From the NCBI GenBank assembly GCA_963721305.1, contig CAVRIR010000003.1, positions 926,511 through 990,510 on the forward strand: DNA of 64,000 bases. Reading direction: 5' to 3'. The notes beneath the pieces are model-generated. The model searched no databases. It worked only from the letters and a program-made list of their open reading frames with translations, and was not told where the DNA came from. The stretch is from an uncultured Acidimicrobiia bacterium. Its GTDB lineage: Bacteria; Actinomycetota; Acidimicrobiia; Acidimicrobiales; JACDCH01. This document shows positions 28,164 through 37,777 of the stretch, one piece after another (position 1 is the stretch's first letter; every line of letters starts with the position of its first letter). The position numbers and the translations under genes were made by a program.

Positions 28164-29225
28164 TCACGGTGTCTCGCTGCCATTCGGGTTGCGATCGCTC
28201 TCGTCCTGGATGTCGCCCACGAGGTCCTCGAGCACGTCTTCGAGCGTCGCCAGCCCGACCACCTTGCGCGACCCGTCGACCACGACGCCGAGGTGCGTCC
28301 GCGACGCGCGCATGGCCACGAGCACCTCGTCCAGCGGGCGATGCTCGGGGAGGACGAGGACCTCGCGGATCCGAGCCAGGGGCAACGGCCGGTTGCGCGC
28401 CTCTGACGGGACCGTGAGCAGATCCTTCGCATGGACGAACCCGACGATGTCGTCGAGATCGCGTCCGGCCACGAGCAGACGTGAATGCCCGCTCGCCACG
28501 ACCTGCTCCTCGGCGTCCGCGACCGAGATCCTCCGCGACACCCACGTGATGTCACCGCGAGGAAGCATCACGTCGCGCACTGGACGCTCGCCGAAGTCCA
28601 GCGCGCCGGACAGCAGATCGTGCGCCGTCTCTTCGATCAGACCCTCTTCGTGCGACTCCGCGAGCATCCGGCTGATCTCGTCGACGGTGTGGTTGCTCAT
28701 CAGCTCGGCGCGCGGCTCGACGCCGAGTGCACGTGTCCCTGCGTTGCCGAGGGCCAGCACCACGCGGATCACCGGACGGAACACGATCACGAAACCCCGA
28801 CTGAAGATCGACAGGCGCAACAACGTGCGTTCGGGATCGCCGAGCGCGAGGTACCGGGGCACGATCTCCCCGAACACCATGTGCAGGAAGGCGACGATGG
28901 CGAGGCCGACGACGACGCCGAGCACCGCGGCGACGCCGTCCGGCACGCCGAAGGGCGAAAGCAGGCTCTCGATCGCCTGCACCACGGACGGCTCGGCCAC
29001 CGCGCCCAGTCCGAGCGAGCACATCGTGATGCCGAGCTGGAACGACGCCAGCTGCAACGGAAGATCGGTCGCGGACTGCAGCGCGAACCGGGCGCGCATG
29101 TCGCCTTCCCGCGCCATCGTCTCGAGCCGGGTGCGCCGGCTCGCGACCAACGAGAACTCGATGGCCACGAACACGCCGTTGAGCGCGAGCAGCACGAGCG
29201 CGACGAGCAGGAACCAGAGGATCAC
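28164..29225 (-). CDS. CNNM/HlyC-CorC family transporter (DUF21 + CBS pair)
   Basis: In frame in ORF 28164..30524 from GTG 29225 (VILWFLLVAL...), with GTGA overlap with the upstream paralog. Contains LNGVFVAIEFS and GEIVP, followed by CBS domains. Confidence 0.85.
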   Translation of the reverse strand: MILWFLLVALVLLALNGVFVAIEFSLVASRRTRLETMAREGDMRARFALQSATDLPLQLASFQLGITMCSLGLGAVAEPSVVQAIESLLSPFGVPDGVAAVLGVVVGLAIVAFLHMVFGEIVPRYLALGDPERTLLRLSIFSRGFVIVFRPVIRVVLALGNAGTRALGVEPRAELMSNHTVDEISRMLAESHEEGLIEETAHDLLSGALDFGERPVRDVMLPRGDITWVSRRISVADAEEQVVASGHSRLLVAGRDLDDIVGFVHAKDLLTVPSEARNRPLPLARIREVLVLPEHRPLDEVLVAMRASRTHLGVVVDGSRKVVGLATLEDVLEDLVGDIQDESDRNPNGSETP

Positions 29226-30524
29226 TGCTTGACCCCCTCGTTCGCCCCGACGGTCGTGTTCGCGCCACCGTTGCTCGTTCGATCGGGCGCTGTCAGCCGC
29301 ACGAGGGCGATGCGGCGGCGATCCATCTCCACGACGTCGATCAGCCAGCCGTCGTAGCTGAAGCGATCGCCGACGTCGGGGATCCGTCCGAGCCGATCGA
29401 GGACGAAGCCCGCGAGCGTCTCGTACTCGCCTTCCGGGACATCGAACCCGCAGGCGTCGCGGACCTCGTCGGGGTGCATGGTGCCGGGCAGCTCGTACGT
29501 GCCGGTCGGCAGGACTCGTGTGAGCGCCGCCGCGGCACGGTCGTACTCGTCGTCGATCTCGCCGACGATCTCCTCGACCACGTCCTCGAGCGTGATGATC
29601 CCGGCGGTCCCGCCGTACTCGTCGACCACTATCGCGAGGTGGCCGCCGGCTCGCAGCTCGCGGAGCAACGAGCTCAGCTCTCGCGTCTCGGGGACGAAGA
29701 AGGGTTCGTGCATCACCGACGCGACCGTGGCGGTCGCCCGATCCTCGAACGGCACTCGGTACGCATCCTTCACGTGCACGACACCGACGACGTCGTCCAG
29801 ATCGGTGCCGCACACCGGGAAGCGGCTGAACCCGGTGGCGACCGACAGCGACACGAGCTCGGGCACAGTCGTCTCCGGCGTCGTGAACTGCACCTGGACC
29901 CGCGACACGAGCGCGTCCGCCGCCGTCTTGTCGTTGAACCGCAGCGTGCGGGTCAGCAGCCTGAGCGCATCCGCGTCGATCGTGCCCTCTTCGCTCGACG
30001 ACCGGAAGAGCAGCTCGTACTCGTCGAGCCCGCGCACTGCCGCCAGCTCCTCCTGGGGCTCGATACCGAGCTTGCGCACGGTCGCGTTCGCCGTCTGGTT
30101 CACGAATCGGAGGAGAGGCTCGAACGCGGTCGCGAACCACGTGACCGGGCGGGCGAGCGCGAACGCGACGCCGGCCGACCGGGCAATCGCGAGGTTCTTC
30201 GGGATGAGCTCGCTGAGCACCATGGATCCGATGGTCACGAGCACGAGCGCGAGCACGATCGAGACGCCGCGTCCGAAGAGCGGTTCGAACAACGAGGTGA
30301 CCGCCGGTTCGGCGATGAAGCCGAGCAGACAGCGACGTGACGGTGACGCCGAGCTGCGTCGCAGACAGGTAGAACGCGAGCCGGTGGACGATCCGCTCGA
30401 CAAGTCGCGCCCCTGGCCGACCGCGCGCGGACGCCGCCTCGACGCGCGCCCGGTCGACCGCGACGAAGCTGAACTCGGCCGCGACGAACACGCCGTTGGC
30501 GAACAAGAGAACCAGGACGGCCAC
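29222..30524 (-). pseudogene. CNNM/HlyC-CorC family transporter (DUF21 + CBS pair + CorC_HlyC), apparent +1 frameshift near 30329
   Basis: The N-terminus (VAVLVLLFANGVFVAAEFSFVAVD...GVTVTSL) is in the frame of ORF 28164..30524. The remainder (LLGFIAEPAV...SELIPKN...CBS...) is in the frame of ORF 29222..31216. An extra T in CTGTCTGCTC separates them. Confidence 0.75.
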
Positions 30525-30583
30525 CAGGCCGAGCGCGGTACCGATCGCGTAACGCTAGTGACGCGATCGGCTAACCAAGTGCC

Positions 30584-31300
30584 GTGTCTCCCGGGCAGGC
30601 CATCGCCGCGACCGCCGCGATGGCGCTCGGTTCGTGGGTGCAGGGCGGCGTCGGGTTCGGGTCTGCGCTGGTGGCGGCGCCGTTGCTCGCGCTCGTCGAC
30701 ACCCGCTTCGTGCCGGGGCCGATCACGGTCGTGACGACGGTCCTGAACCTCTTCATCATCCGTTCGAGCGACGACGCCGCGTTCGATCGGCAGGTGCGTT
30801 GGGCCGTCGGCGGACTCGTCCCGGGCACGATCGCGGCCGGCGCGACGCTGCTCGTCCTGTCGTCGGAGGGATTGAGCATCGCATTCGCGTTCTTCGTCAT
30901 CGTCGGCGTCGTGCTCACCGGCGCGGGGTGGGACATCCGCAAGACGTCGTCGACGCTGTTCGGCGCCGGGATGGTCTCCGGCTTCATGGGCACCATCTCC
31001 GGCATCGGCGGCCCACCGGTGGCGCTCCTGTACCAGCACGACAGCGGGCCGACGCTGCGCGCGACGCTTCCCCGCTACTTCCTCGTCGGCGGCGCCGTCA
31101 CCATCGTGACCCTCATCGTCGTCGGCAAGTTGGGGCGCGACGAGTGGCTCCTGTCGCTGCTCCTCGTGCCCGGCATGCTCGTGGGATTGCTCGGTTCCGG
31201 ATGGCTCGCGCACCACGTCGACCGCCGGACTGCCCGTCCGTTCGTCCTGTTGCTCTCGGCCGTCGCGGCAGTGAGCGTCCTCCTCAAGGAGCTGCTGTGA
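30584..31300 (+). CDS. TauE/SafE family sulfite/anion exporter
   Basis: ORF 30584..31300. Seven to eight TM segments, with G.GGG...P motifs in both halves. Confidence 0.8.
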   Translation: MSPGQAIAATAAMALGSWVQGGVGFGSALVAAPLLALVDTRFVPGPITVVTTVLNLFIIRSSDDAAFDRQVRWAVGGLVPGTIAAGATLLVLSSEGLSIAFAFFVIVGVVLTGAGWDIRKTSSTLFGAGMVSGFMGTISGIGGPPVALLYQHDSGPTLRATLPRYFLVGGAVTIVTLIVVGKLGRDEWLLSLLLVPGMLVGLLGSGWLAHHVDRRTARPFVLLLSAVAAVSVLLKELL

Positions 31301-32163
31301 GCCGCGTCGCGGACGAGCCGTCTCTCCGCCTGAAGAATGTCGGGCTCGTTCGCGACGGCGTGGTGATCCTCGACGGCGTCGATTGGGAAGTACGGCCGGG
31401 CGAACGCTGGGTCGTGCTCGGCGCCAACGGTTCTGGCAAGACGTCGCTCGTCCGCATCGCGTCGCTGTACCTGCATCCCTCGCACGGCACGGTCGAGGTG
31501 CTCGGCCGAACGTTGGGGCGCGTCGACGTGCGCGCCCATCGCCGCAACATCGGCGTGGTGTCGTCGTCGTTCGCCGATCTGCTGCGGCCGACGATCACCG
31601 CGCTCGACATCGTGGTGACAGCGCGCCACGCCGCGCTCGAGCCCTGGTGGCACGAGTACTCCGATGACGACCGCGCTCGGGCTCGCTCACTGCTCGAACG
31701 CTTCGGTTGCGGCGCGATGGCCGACCGCCCGTTCGCGGCACTGTCGTCCGGCGAGCGCCAGCGGGTGCAGCTCGCCCGAACGCTCATGACCGACCCGGGA
31801 CTGCTCCTGCTCGACGAGCCGACCGCTGGGCTCGACCTCGCGGGCCGCGAGGACCTCGTCAGCCGCCTGGCCGCGCTCGCCACCGATCCCACGACGCCGG
31901 CGACGGTTCTCGTCACCCACCACGTCGACGAGATCCCGCCCGGGTTCGGCCATCTCCTGCTGCTGCGGCAAGGCCGCGTGCTCGCCGCCGGCCCGCTGGA
32001 GGGCACGCTCACCGCCGAGTCGCTCGGCGCCTGCTTCGACCTCGACGTCGTCCTCGAACGCCACCACGGCCGCTGGACCGCCTTCGCCCGCTCGACCTCT
32101 CCGAGCTCCGGGTCAACATTCGCTCCACCCGAGGCCAACTCCGGGGAGAAACGGGCGCCATAG
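31297..32163 (+). CDS. ABC transporter ATP-binding protein (no cognate permease adjacent other than TauE)
   Basis: In frame in ORF 30634..32163 from GTG 31297 (GTGA overlap with TauE). Walker A GANGSGKTS, signature LSSGERQ, Walker B LLLLDEP. The last 9 codons and the TAG stop lie inside REP copy 4. Confidence 0.85.
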   Translation: MSRVADEPSLRLKNVGLVRDGVVILDGVDWEVRPGERWVVLGANGSGKTSLVRIASLYLHPSHGTVEVLGRTLGRVDVRAHRRNIGVVSSSFADLLRPTITALDIVVTARHAALEPWWHEYSDDDRARARSLLERFGCGAMADRPFAALSSGERQRVQLARTLMTDPGLLLLDEPTAGLDLAGREDLVSRLAALATDPTTPATVLVTHHVDEIPPGFGHLLLLRQGRVLAAGPLEGTLTAESLGACFDLDVVLERHHGRWTAFARSTSPSSGSTFAPPEANSGEKRAP

Positions 32164-32177
32164 CGCCCGTTTCCATC
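32127..32177 (-). repeat. REP-like 51-nt palindromic element, copy 4 (inverted orientation)
   Basis: AACTCCGGGGAGAAACGGGCGCCATAGCGCCCGTTTCCATCCAACATTCGC. Lies between the convergent ABC ATPase and SRPBCC genes. Confidence 0.85.
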
Positions 32178-32188
32178 CAACATTCGCT

Positions 32189-32620
32189 CTAGTCGGCGGC
32201 GAGGAGAGCGAGGAGGCGGGGTTTGGAGCGTTCGATCTCGTCGCCGAGGACACGTTCGAGGACGGGGCCCCACAGGGAGCCGCCGTAGTGCAGGCGCATG
32301 GTCAGGCGGCTCTCGCCGTCGACCGGCGCGACGTCGACCCGCAGGATCCACGGCGAGTGCGACCGCCCGTCGCGTTCCTGACGCTCGAACACCACCGACT
32401 CCGGCGACTCGTCCTGGGTGCGCACCATCCGCAAGCGCTTGGACCGGGCGAACGGGCCGAGCTTGCCTCGCAGGTCCACCACCCACGCAGGCTCCTCACC
32501 GTCCTCCGCCACCGCCTTCGGCACGATCTCCAGCCATTCGGGGTACGAGCCGAGATCGGCGACCCACCGGTACAGCTCCTCGGGCGCGCACGGTGCAGTC
32601 AGCGTCGCGGTGACATCCAT
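32189..32620 (-). CDS. SRPBCC (polyketide cyclase/dehydrase-like) family protein
   Basis: In frame in ORF 32189..32761 from ATG 32620 (MDVTATLTAPCAPEELYRWVADLGSYPEW...). Confidence 0.7.
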   Translation of the reverse strand: MDVTATLTAPCAPEELYRWVADLGSYPEWLEIVPKAVAEDGEEPAWVVDLRGKLGPFARSKRLRMVRTQDESPESVVFERQERDGRSHSPWILRVDVAPVDGESRLTMRLHYGGSLWGPVLERVLGDEIERSKPRLLALLAAD

Positions 32621-32624
32621 CCCC

Positions 32625-33941
32625 TCAGGGTCGCGCAGACGGCGCGGGCGGCACCGCAGGAACAGCGGTCTGCGGGTCCGCCACCAGGAGGATCGGATAC
32701 GGATCCACGGCGGGGCCGCCGTCGGGGTGCACCTCGAAGTGCAGGTGCGGTCCGTAGGCATCGCCGGTGTGGCCCACGTAGCCGATCAGCTGCCCGGCCT
32801 CGACGAGCTGCCCCTGCGCCAGGCCCAGGACGTACGCGGACAGGTGCGCGTAGTAGTAGGACGTGCCGCTCTCTCCCTTGAGCCAGATGCCGTTGCCGCC
32901 CAGCCCGCCCGAGCTGAGCTGCGTGATCACACCGCGCTCGGCGGCATACAGCTCGGTTCCTTCGGCGGCGACGATGTCGCAGCCTTGGTGGGGATGGGCC
33001 TGCGGCGTTCCGGGCAGGCGCGGGTCGCCGAAGTCCTCGCTGAACGTGTGCGGCGAAGCCACCGGGAAGACGAAGCCGTGGATCACGGTGTTGCCTCCCG
33101 CCGACGTGACCGCCAGATCGAGGTTGGCGCTGTTGAGGTCGGACTGCGCCTGTGACTCCTGGAGTTTGGCCAGATCGAGCTGCGCCTGCGTGTCGCTCAG
33201 CTGCTTTGCCGTGTCCTGCTGACCCTTGTCCGCCGCGGCCTGCGCCGCCTTGTAGCTCACGATGGCGGATCGATCGTGGTTGGCGACCACCCCGAGCAGC
33301 GCCATGCGCTCATCGGTCTGGTCGTCGTCGCCGGCCCAGATCTCGAGATCGCTGTCGCCGCCCCGCACATAGGCGTCCACCGCACTCGCGACGAGGTTGT
33401 CGTGGGCCACGGTCAGGTCCTGCACGGTCTTCCGACTCGTGGCGGAGAGCTGGTCGACCTCACCCTGCAAGCTGGCGAGCGACGCCTCGACTTGCTGCTC
33501 GTGATCGACGGCCGACTGGTATGCCGCCTGCCGGGCCAGCGCCTCCGCTCGGGCCGTCTGTACGTCGACCTTCACCACCCTGGCCCGGGGCGGCAGCACC
33601 GCGTTCGGCTGGTTCGGTGGCACGGTCGCATCGGGAACCGTGATGGTGTCCTCGGGGACGCTCCCCGCCGGCGCGTCGCCGTCCGTGCCCGGATCCGTGG
33701 TCGTCGGCGGCCCGCCGGGCGTCGTGTCCGGCGTCGTGTCCGGCGTCGTGTCCGGCGTCGTGTCGGGGGTGGTCGCAGGCGTCGTGTCCTCGGTGGTGGC
33801 GGTATCGGTCGGCTGGGTGACCGGCAACGTCGTGTCGGTGGATTCCGGCATCGTGTCGCTGACGGGCGTCTGGGCGGCGGCCGGGGCCGCGACTCCCAAC
33901 ACGATCGCCCCGGCGATCACGAGCGCGGGCCACCTACTCAT
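32625..33941 (-). CDS. secreted M23 family metallopeptidase with Thr/Pro repeat linker and coiled-coil region
   Basis: In frame in ORF 32625..34187 from ATG 33941 (MSRWPALVIAGAIVLGVAAPAAAQ, a signal peptide). A (TTPD)n linker, a long Q/A-rich coiled coil, and M23 motifs HQGCD and HTGD..GPHLHFEV. Confidence 0.85.
   Translation of the reverse strand: MSRWPALVIAGAIVLGVAAPAAAQTPVSDTMPESTDTTLPVTQPTDTATTEDTTPATTPDTTPDTTPDTTPDTTPGGPPTTTDPGTDGDAPAGSVPEDTITVPDATVPPNQPNAVLPPRARVVKVDVQTARAEALARQAAYQSAVDHEQQVEASLASLQGEVDQLSATSRKTVQDLTVAHDNLVASAVDAYVRGGDSDLEIWAGDDDQTDERMALLGVVANHDRSAIVSYKAAQAAADKGQQDTAKQLSDTQAQLDLAKLQESQAQSDLNSANLDLAVTSAGGNTVIHGFVFPVASPHTFSEDFGDPRLPGTPQAHPHQGCDIVAAEGTELYAAERGVITQLSSGGLGGNGIWLKGESGTSYYYAHLSAYVLGLAQGQLVEAGQLIGYVGHTGDAYGPHLHFEVHPDGGPAVDPYPILLVADPQTAVPAVPPAPSARP
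33718..33765. repeat. 12-bp tandem repeat x4 (GGCGTCGTGTCC), coding for TTPD repeats
   Basis: Read directly in the sequence. Lies in frame within the M23 peptidase linker. Confidence 0.8.
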
Positions 33942-33945
33942 CGCC

Positions 33946-35025
33946 TCATTCTTTCGGATGCCCGGGTGTCCGTATGAAGCGGGAAGGTGACGTTTCGCGG
34001 TCGATGAGAAGAACACTGCCCCCGTCGACCTGCACACCGACGAGGTCACCGGGCGCGGGCACATCGGCCGATCGTACGACGACCTCGATGGTCGCCCCGC
34101 CGTCGACCTCCACCGGTACGAGGAAGTGATCGCCTCGGAACGAGGCCACCGACGCAACGCCAGAGACGTCGGCGCCGATGCTGGCACCCTCCGGCGCGAT
34201 CGTGACGGCGTCGGGACGCAGGACCAGGCAGGCGGGACCGTCGCGCCGCTCTGTCGGGAAGGTACCGGCCGGCGACGTCACGGAGCCGTGGCGGACGTCG
34301 ACGTCGAAGACGTTGGCGAACCCGAGGAACCGGGCGACGAAGCCGTCCACCGGCTCGCGCCAGACGTCGACCGGAGTCCCGCTCTGCACGATCTGTCCCG
34401 CCCGCATCACGACGACCCGGTCCGCGATCGTGAACGCCTCGCCTTGGTCGTGGGTGACGGTGATCGTCGTCGTGCCGAGCGTTCGAAAAAGATCGCGCAG
34501 TTCGACGGTCAATCGTTCGCGGAGGAACCGGTCGAGCGAGCCGAGCGGCTCATCCAGCATCAGCATCCGGGGCGAGGGCGCCAGAGTGCGGGCGAGAGCG
34601 ACCCGCTGTTGCTCGCCACCGGACAAGGACACGATCGAGCGCTGCTCGTACCCGGCGAGCCCGACGAGCGCCAGCGCCGTGCGGACCTGCTCGGCAATCG
34701 CGCCTCGGTCCTGGCGCTGCATGCGAGGACCGAACGCGACGTTGCCGGCGACGTCGCGGTGCGGGAACAGCGCGTAGTCCTGGAACATCAGTCCCAACCG
34801 CCGCAGGTGGGGCGGTACGCCGGCGAGATCCGCGCCATCGAGCAGGATTCGCCCGTCGTCCGGCGTGAGCAATCCGGCGATCGTGCGCAGGATCGTGCTC
34901 TTGCCGCAGCCGCTCGGGCCGAGGAGGGTCACGATCTCGCCGGACTTCACGTGAAGGTCGACACCATCCACTGCGACGCTGTCGCCATAGGCGACCCGCA
35001 GCCCTTCGACGTCGAGCGTGCTCAA
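33946..35025 (-). CDS. ABC transporter ATP-binding protein (thiamine/Fe3+/polyamine importer type)
   Basis: In frame in ORF 33946..35430 from TTG 35025 (overlaps the permease stop). Walker A GPSGCGKST, signature LSGGEQQR, Walker B LMLDEP, and a TOBE-like C-terminus. Confidence 0.85.
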   Translation of the reverse strand: MSTLDVEGLRVAYGDSVAVDGVDLHVKSGEIVTLLGPSGCGKSTILRTIAGLLTPDDGRILLDGADLAGVPPHLRRLGLMFQDYALFPHRDVAGNVAFGPRMQRQDRGAIAEQVRTALALVGLAGYEQRSIVSLSGGEQQRVALARTLAPSPRMLMLDEPLGSLDRFLRERLTVELRDLFRTLGTTTITVTHDQGEAFTIADRVVVMRAGQIVQSGTPVDVWREPVDGFVARFLGFANVFDVDVRHGSVTSPAGTFPTERRDGPACLVLRPDAVTIAPEGASIGADVSGVASVASFRGDHFLVPVEVDGGATIEVVVRSADVPAPGDLVGVQVDGGSVLLIDRETSPSRFIRTPGHPKE

Positions 35026-36677
35026 AACTCGCCGAGGCCCGGGGTGCGAAATCGTTCGATGAGGAAGATCGACGCCGCGGTGATCACCATCAGCACCGTG
35101 CTCATCGCCATCGCGGCACCGAAGTTCGACGCACCGGCGAGCGACAGGTAACGGAAGATGGCGACGGGCATCGTCGGACGGTCCGGTCGCGCGATGAACA
35201 GGGTGGCGCCGAACTCGCCGAGTGACACTGCGAACGCGAACCCCGCGGCGACGAGCGCAGCTCGCCGGACAATCGGCAGATCGATCTCCTTCCACACTCG
35301 TCGCGGCGATGCCCCGAGGACGGTCGCCGCGTCGCGAAGGCGATCGTCGATGGATCGCAAGACGGGGACGAGGATGCGCACCACGAACGGGATCGCGACC
35401 AGTGAGTGTGCGATCGGCACGATGATCCACGACGAGCGCAGGTCGATGGGCCGGTCGAGCGCGATGAGGAACCCGAAACCCACGGTCACCGCGGAGGTGC
35501 CGAGGGGAAGCATCAGCAACAGATCGAACGCCGTCCGGCCCCGATTTCGCCCCTGGATGCGACGGCGCGCGTCACCGGCGACGATGAAGGCCGCAATGCC
35601 GCCGACGATCAACGCGATCGCGGTCGCCGCAGTCGCGAACGCGAGCGAATTTCGGATCGCGTCCACCGGTGGCACGAAGCGTGCCGCGGCGCGCGGTGAC
35701 TCCACGAGCGCGCGGTAGAAGCCGAAGCCGTAGCCCGACGACGTGTGCAGCGATCGCTCGACGAGCACGGCCATCGGAGCGCCGAGCACGACGGCCATGA
35801 CCGCGAGGTTCGCGGCGAGGAACCATCGCTCGCCGCCGCGCGGCTTGTGTGACGCGTCGGCGACGGGCAACAGCCGCTGCTGCACGGACCGCCGCCGCGT
35901 GGCAAAGGACGTCACGAGCAGGAGGAGCACGACGACGACGAGTTGGACGAGCGCGAGCACGCTGGCCGTTCGCAGGTCCAAGCGGTCGAGCGTCGCCCGC
36001 TTGATCGCCACCTCGAGCGTCGCGTGGTCCTGCCCGCCGAGCACGAGGATGACGCCGAAGGACGTGAACGAGAACAGGTACACGATGGCGGCCGCCGAGA
36101 CCACCGCGGGCCGGAGCAGCGGCCATGTCACCTCACGCAGCGCGCGCCAGCGTGAGGCGCCGAGCGTCCTCGCCGCATCATCGAAGGCAGGGTCGAGATG
36201 CGACCACAGCCCTCCGACCGTCCGGACCACGACCGCGTAGTTGAAGAAGAGGTGCGCGAGCAGGATCGCCCACACCGATTCGTCCAACGAGAGCCAGCCG
36301 CCGAGCAGGCCGCGCGGCCCGAGCAGCGCGAGGAACGCCGTGCCCACGACGATGGTCGGCAAAACGAACGGGACGGTCACCGCCGCGCGCAAGGCGTTCT
36401 TGCCGCGGAACGCGAAGCGGGCAAACACGTACGCGCCCGGCAGCGCCAGCGTGAGTGTCAGCAGGGTCGAGGCGGCCGCCTGCCAGACGGTGAACCAGAT
36501 CACGCGGCGGGTCACGGCGTTGCCGAGGACATCGCCGACCGAGCTGAAGTCCCAACTTCCGTCGGGGCGAAGCCCGCGCACGACGATGCGACTGACCGGC
36601 CAGACGAAGAAGACGGCGAGGAACGCGATCGGGATGGCAGCGAGCGCCACCATCCCGAGACTGCGGCGGCGGGTCAT
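35022..36677 (-). CDS. ABC transporter permease, duplicated (two-module) ThiP-like
   Basis: ORF 35022..36710. Start chosen at ATG 36677 (ATGA overlap with the SBP stop). About 12 TM segments in two repeats. Confidence 0.85.
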   Translation of the reverse strand: MTRRRSLGMVALAAIPIAFLAVFFVWPVSRIVVRGLRPDGSWDFSSVGDVLGNAVTRRVIWFTVWQAAASTLLTLTLALPGAYVFARFAFRGKNALRAAVTVPFVLPTIVVGTAFLALLGPRGLLGGWLSLDESVWAILLAHLFFNYAVVVRTVGGLWSHLDPAFDDAARTLGASRWRALREVTWPLLRPAVVSAAAIVYLFSFTSFGVILVLGGQDHATLEVAIKRATLDRLDLRTASVLALVQLVVVVLLLLVTSFATRRRSVQQRLLPVADASHKPRGGERWFLAANLAVMAVVLGAPMAVLVERSLHTSSGYGFGFYRALVESPRAAARFVPPVDAIRNSLAFATAATAIALIVGGIAAFIVAGDARRRIQGRNRGRTAFDLLLMLPLGTSAVTVGFGFLIALDRPIDLRSSWIIVPIAHSLVAIPFVVRILVPVLRSIDDRLRDAATVLGASPRRVWKEIDLPIVRRAALVAAGFAFAVSLGEFGATLFIARPDRPTMPVAIFRYLSLAGASNFGAAMAMSTVLMVITAASIFLIERFRTPGLGEF

Positions 36678-37777
36678 CCGAGGACGGCTGACGTCCAGTC
36701 GTTGATCCATCGCTCGCGATTGCTACCGATCGTGTTGATGTCGAGCTCGATCGGGTTGGCCGGCTTGACCGCGAACTTCGTGAACACATCGGGCAGGGCC
36801 GCGTCAGGGCGAACGGGGTAGACGTACATCTGCAACGGCATGTCCTCTTGAAACTGCTTCGACAACATGAAGTCGATGAACTCGTGCGCCGCGTCGGCGT
36901 GCTTGGTCCCCTTGAGCACGCCGACGAACTCGATCTGGCGGAAGCAGCTGTCCTGTACGACGCCGACCGACGTGTCGTTCTTGGGCGGGTTGGCGAACAC
37001 GACGTCGGCCGGCGGGCTCGTGGCGTACGAGACGACGACGGTGCGGGTTCCGGTGCTCGCGCTGCCGATCGTGAACTCGTTGTTGTACGCCTGATCCCAA
37101 CCGTCGACGACCTTCAGTCCGTTCGCCTTCAACTGCTTCCAGTAGTCGAGGTAGTGGTCCTCGCCGAAGTGCTGCACGGTCGCGACGAGAAACGCGAGTC
37201 CGGGGCTCGACGTCGCGGGGTTCTCGACCACGACCTTGTCCTTGAACGCGGGCGTCGTGAGGTCCTCGAGCTTCGTCGGTGCAGCGGGCTGACCAGCCGC
37301 GCCGTACGCGGTCTTGTCGTAGTTGAGGCACACGTCGCTCTCGTCGACGGGCGTCACGCGATGCTGGTCGTGATCGAGATCGAACTGCGCGTCGACGCTG
37401 CTGAGCGCCGGAGAGGCGTACGGCTCGAACAGGCCCGCATCGAGGCCCTTCGTCAACAGCGTGTTGTCGATCCCGTAGAGGAGGTCGCCCTGTGGGTGAT
37501 CCTTGGTGAGGATCGCCTGGTTGACGAGCGCGCCGGCATCACCGCTCTTCACTTGATTGACCGTGATCCCGGTCTGGTCCTCGAACGCCTTGAGCACGTT
37601 GTCGCTCACCGCGAAGGAGTCATGGGTCACGATGGTGATCGTCTGCTTCGCCGGCGCGCCGCTCGATCCGCTCGATCCCAACGCGCTGGGACTGTTGTCG
37701 CTCCCGCACGCGGCCACCGCCATCGCGAGCACGACGGCGAGCGTGACCGCGATTGCTCCTGACGAGCGCTTCCTCAT
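36674..37777 (-). CDS. thiamine-type ABC transporter substrate-binding lipoprotein
   Basis: ORF 36674..37777. Lipobox (AVAAC) and a periplasmic-binding fold. Lies in an operon behind a TPP riboswitch. Confidence 0.8.
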   Translation of the reverse strand: MRKRSSGAIAVTLAVVLAMAVAACGSDNSPSALGSSGSSGAPAKQTITIVTHDSFAVSDNVLKAFEDQTGITVNQVKSGDAGALVNQAILTKDHPQGDLLYGIDNTLLTKGLDAGLFEPYASPALSSVDAQFDLDHDQHRVTPVDESDVCLNYDKTAYGAAGQPAAPTKLEDLTTPAFKDKVVVENPATSSPGLAFLVATVQHFGEDHYLDYWKQLKANGLKVVDGWDQAYNNEFTIGSASTGTRTVVVSYATSPPADVVFANPPKNDTSVGVVQDSCFRQIEFVGVLKGTKHADAAHEFIDFMLSKQFQEDMPLQMYVYPVRPDAALPDVFTKFAVKPANPIELDINTIGSNRERWINDWTSAVLG

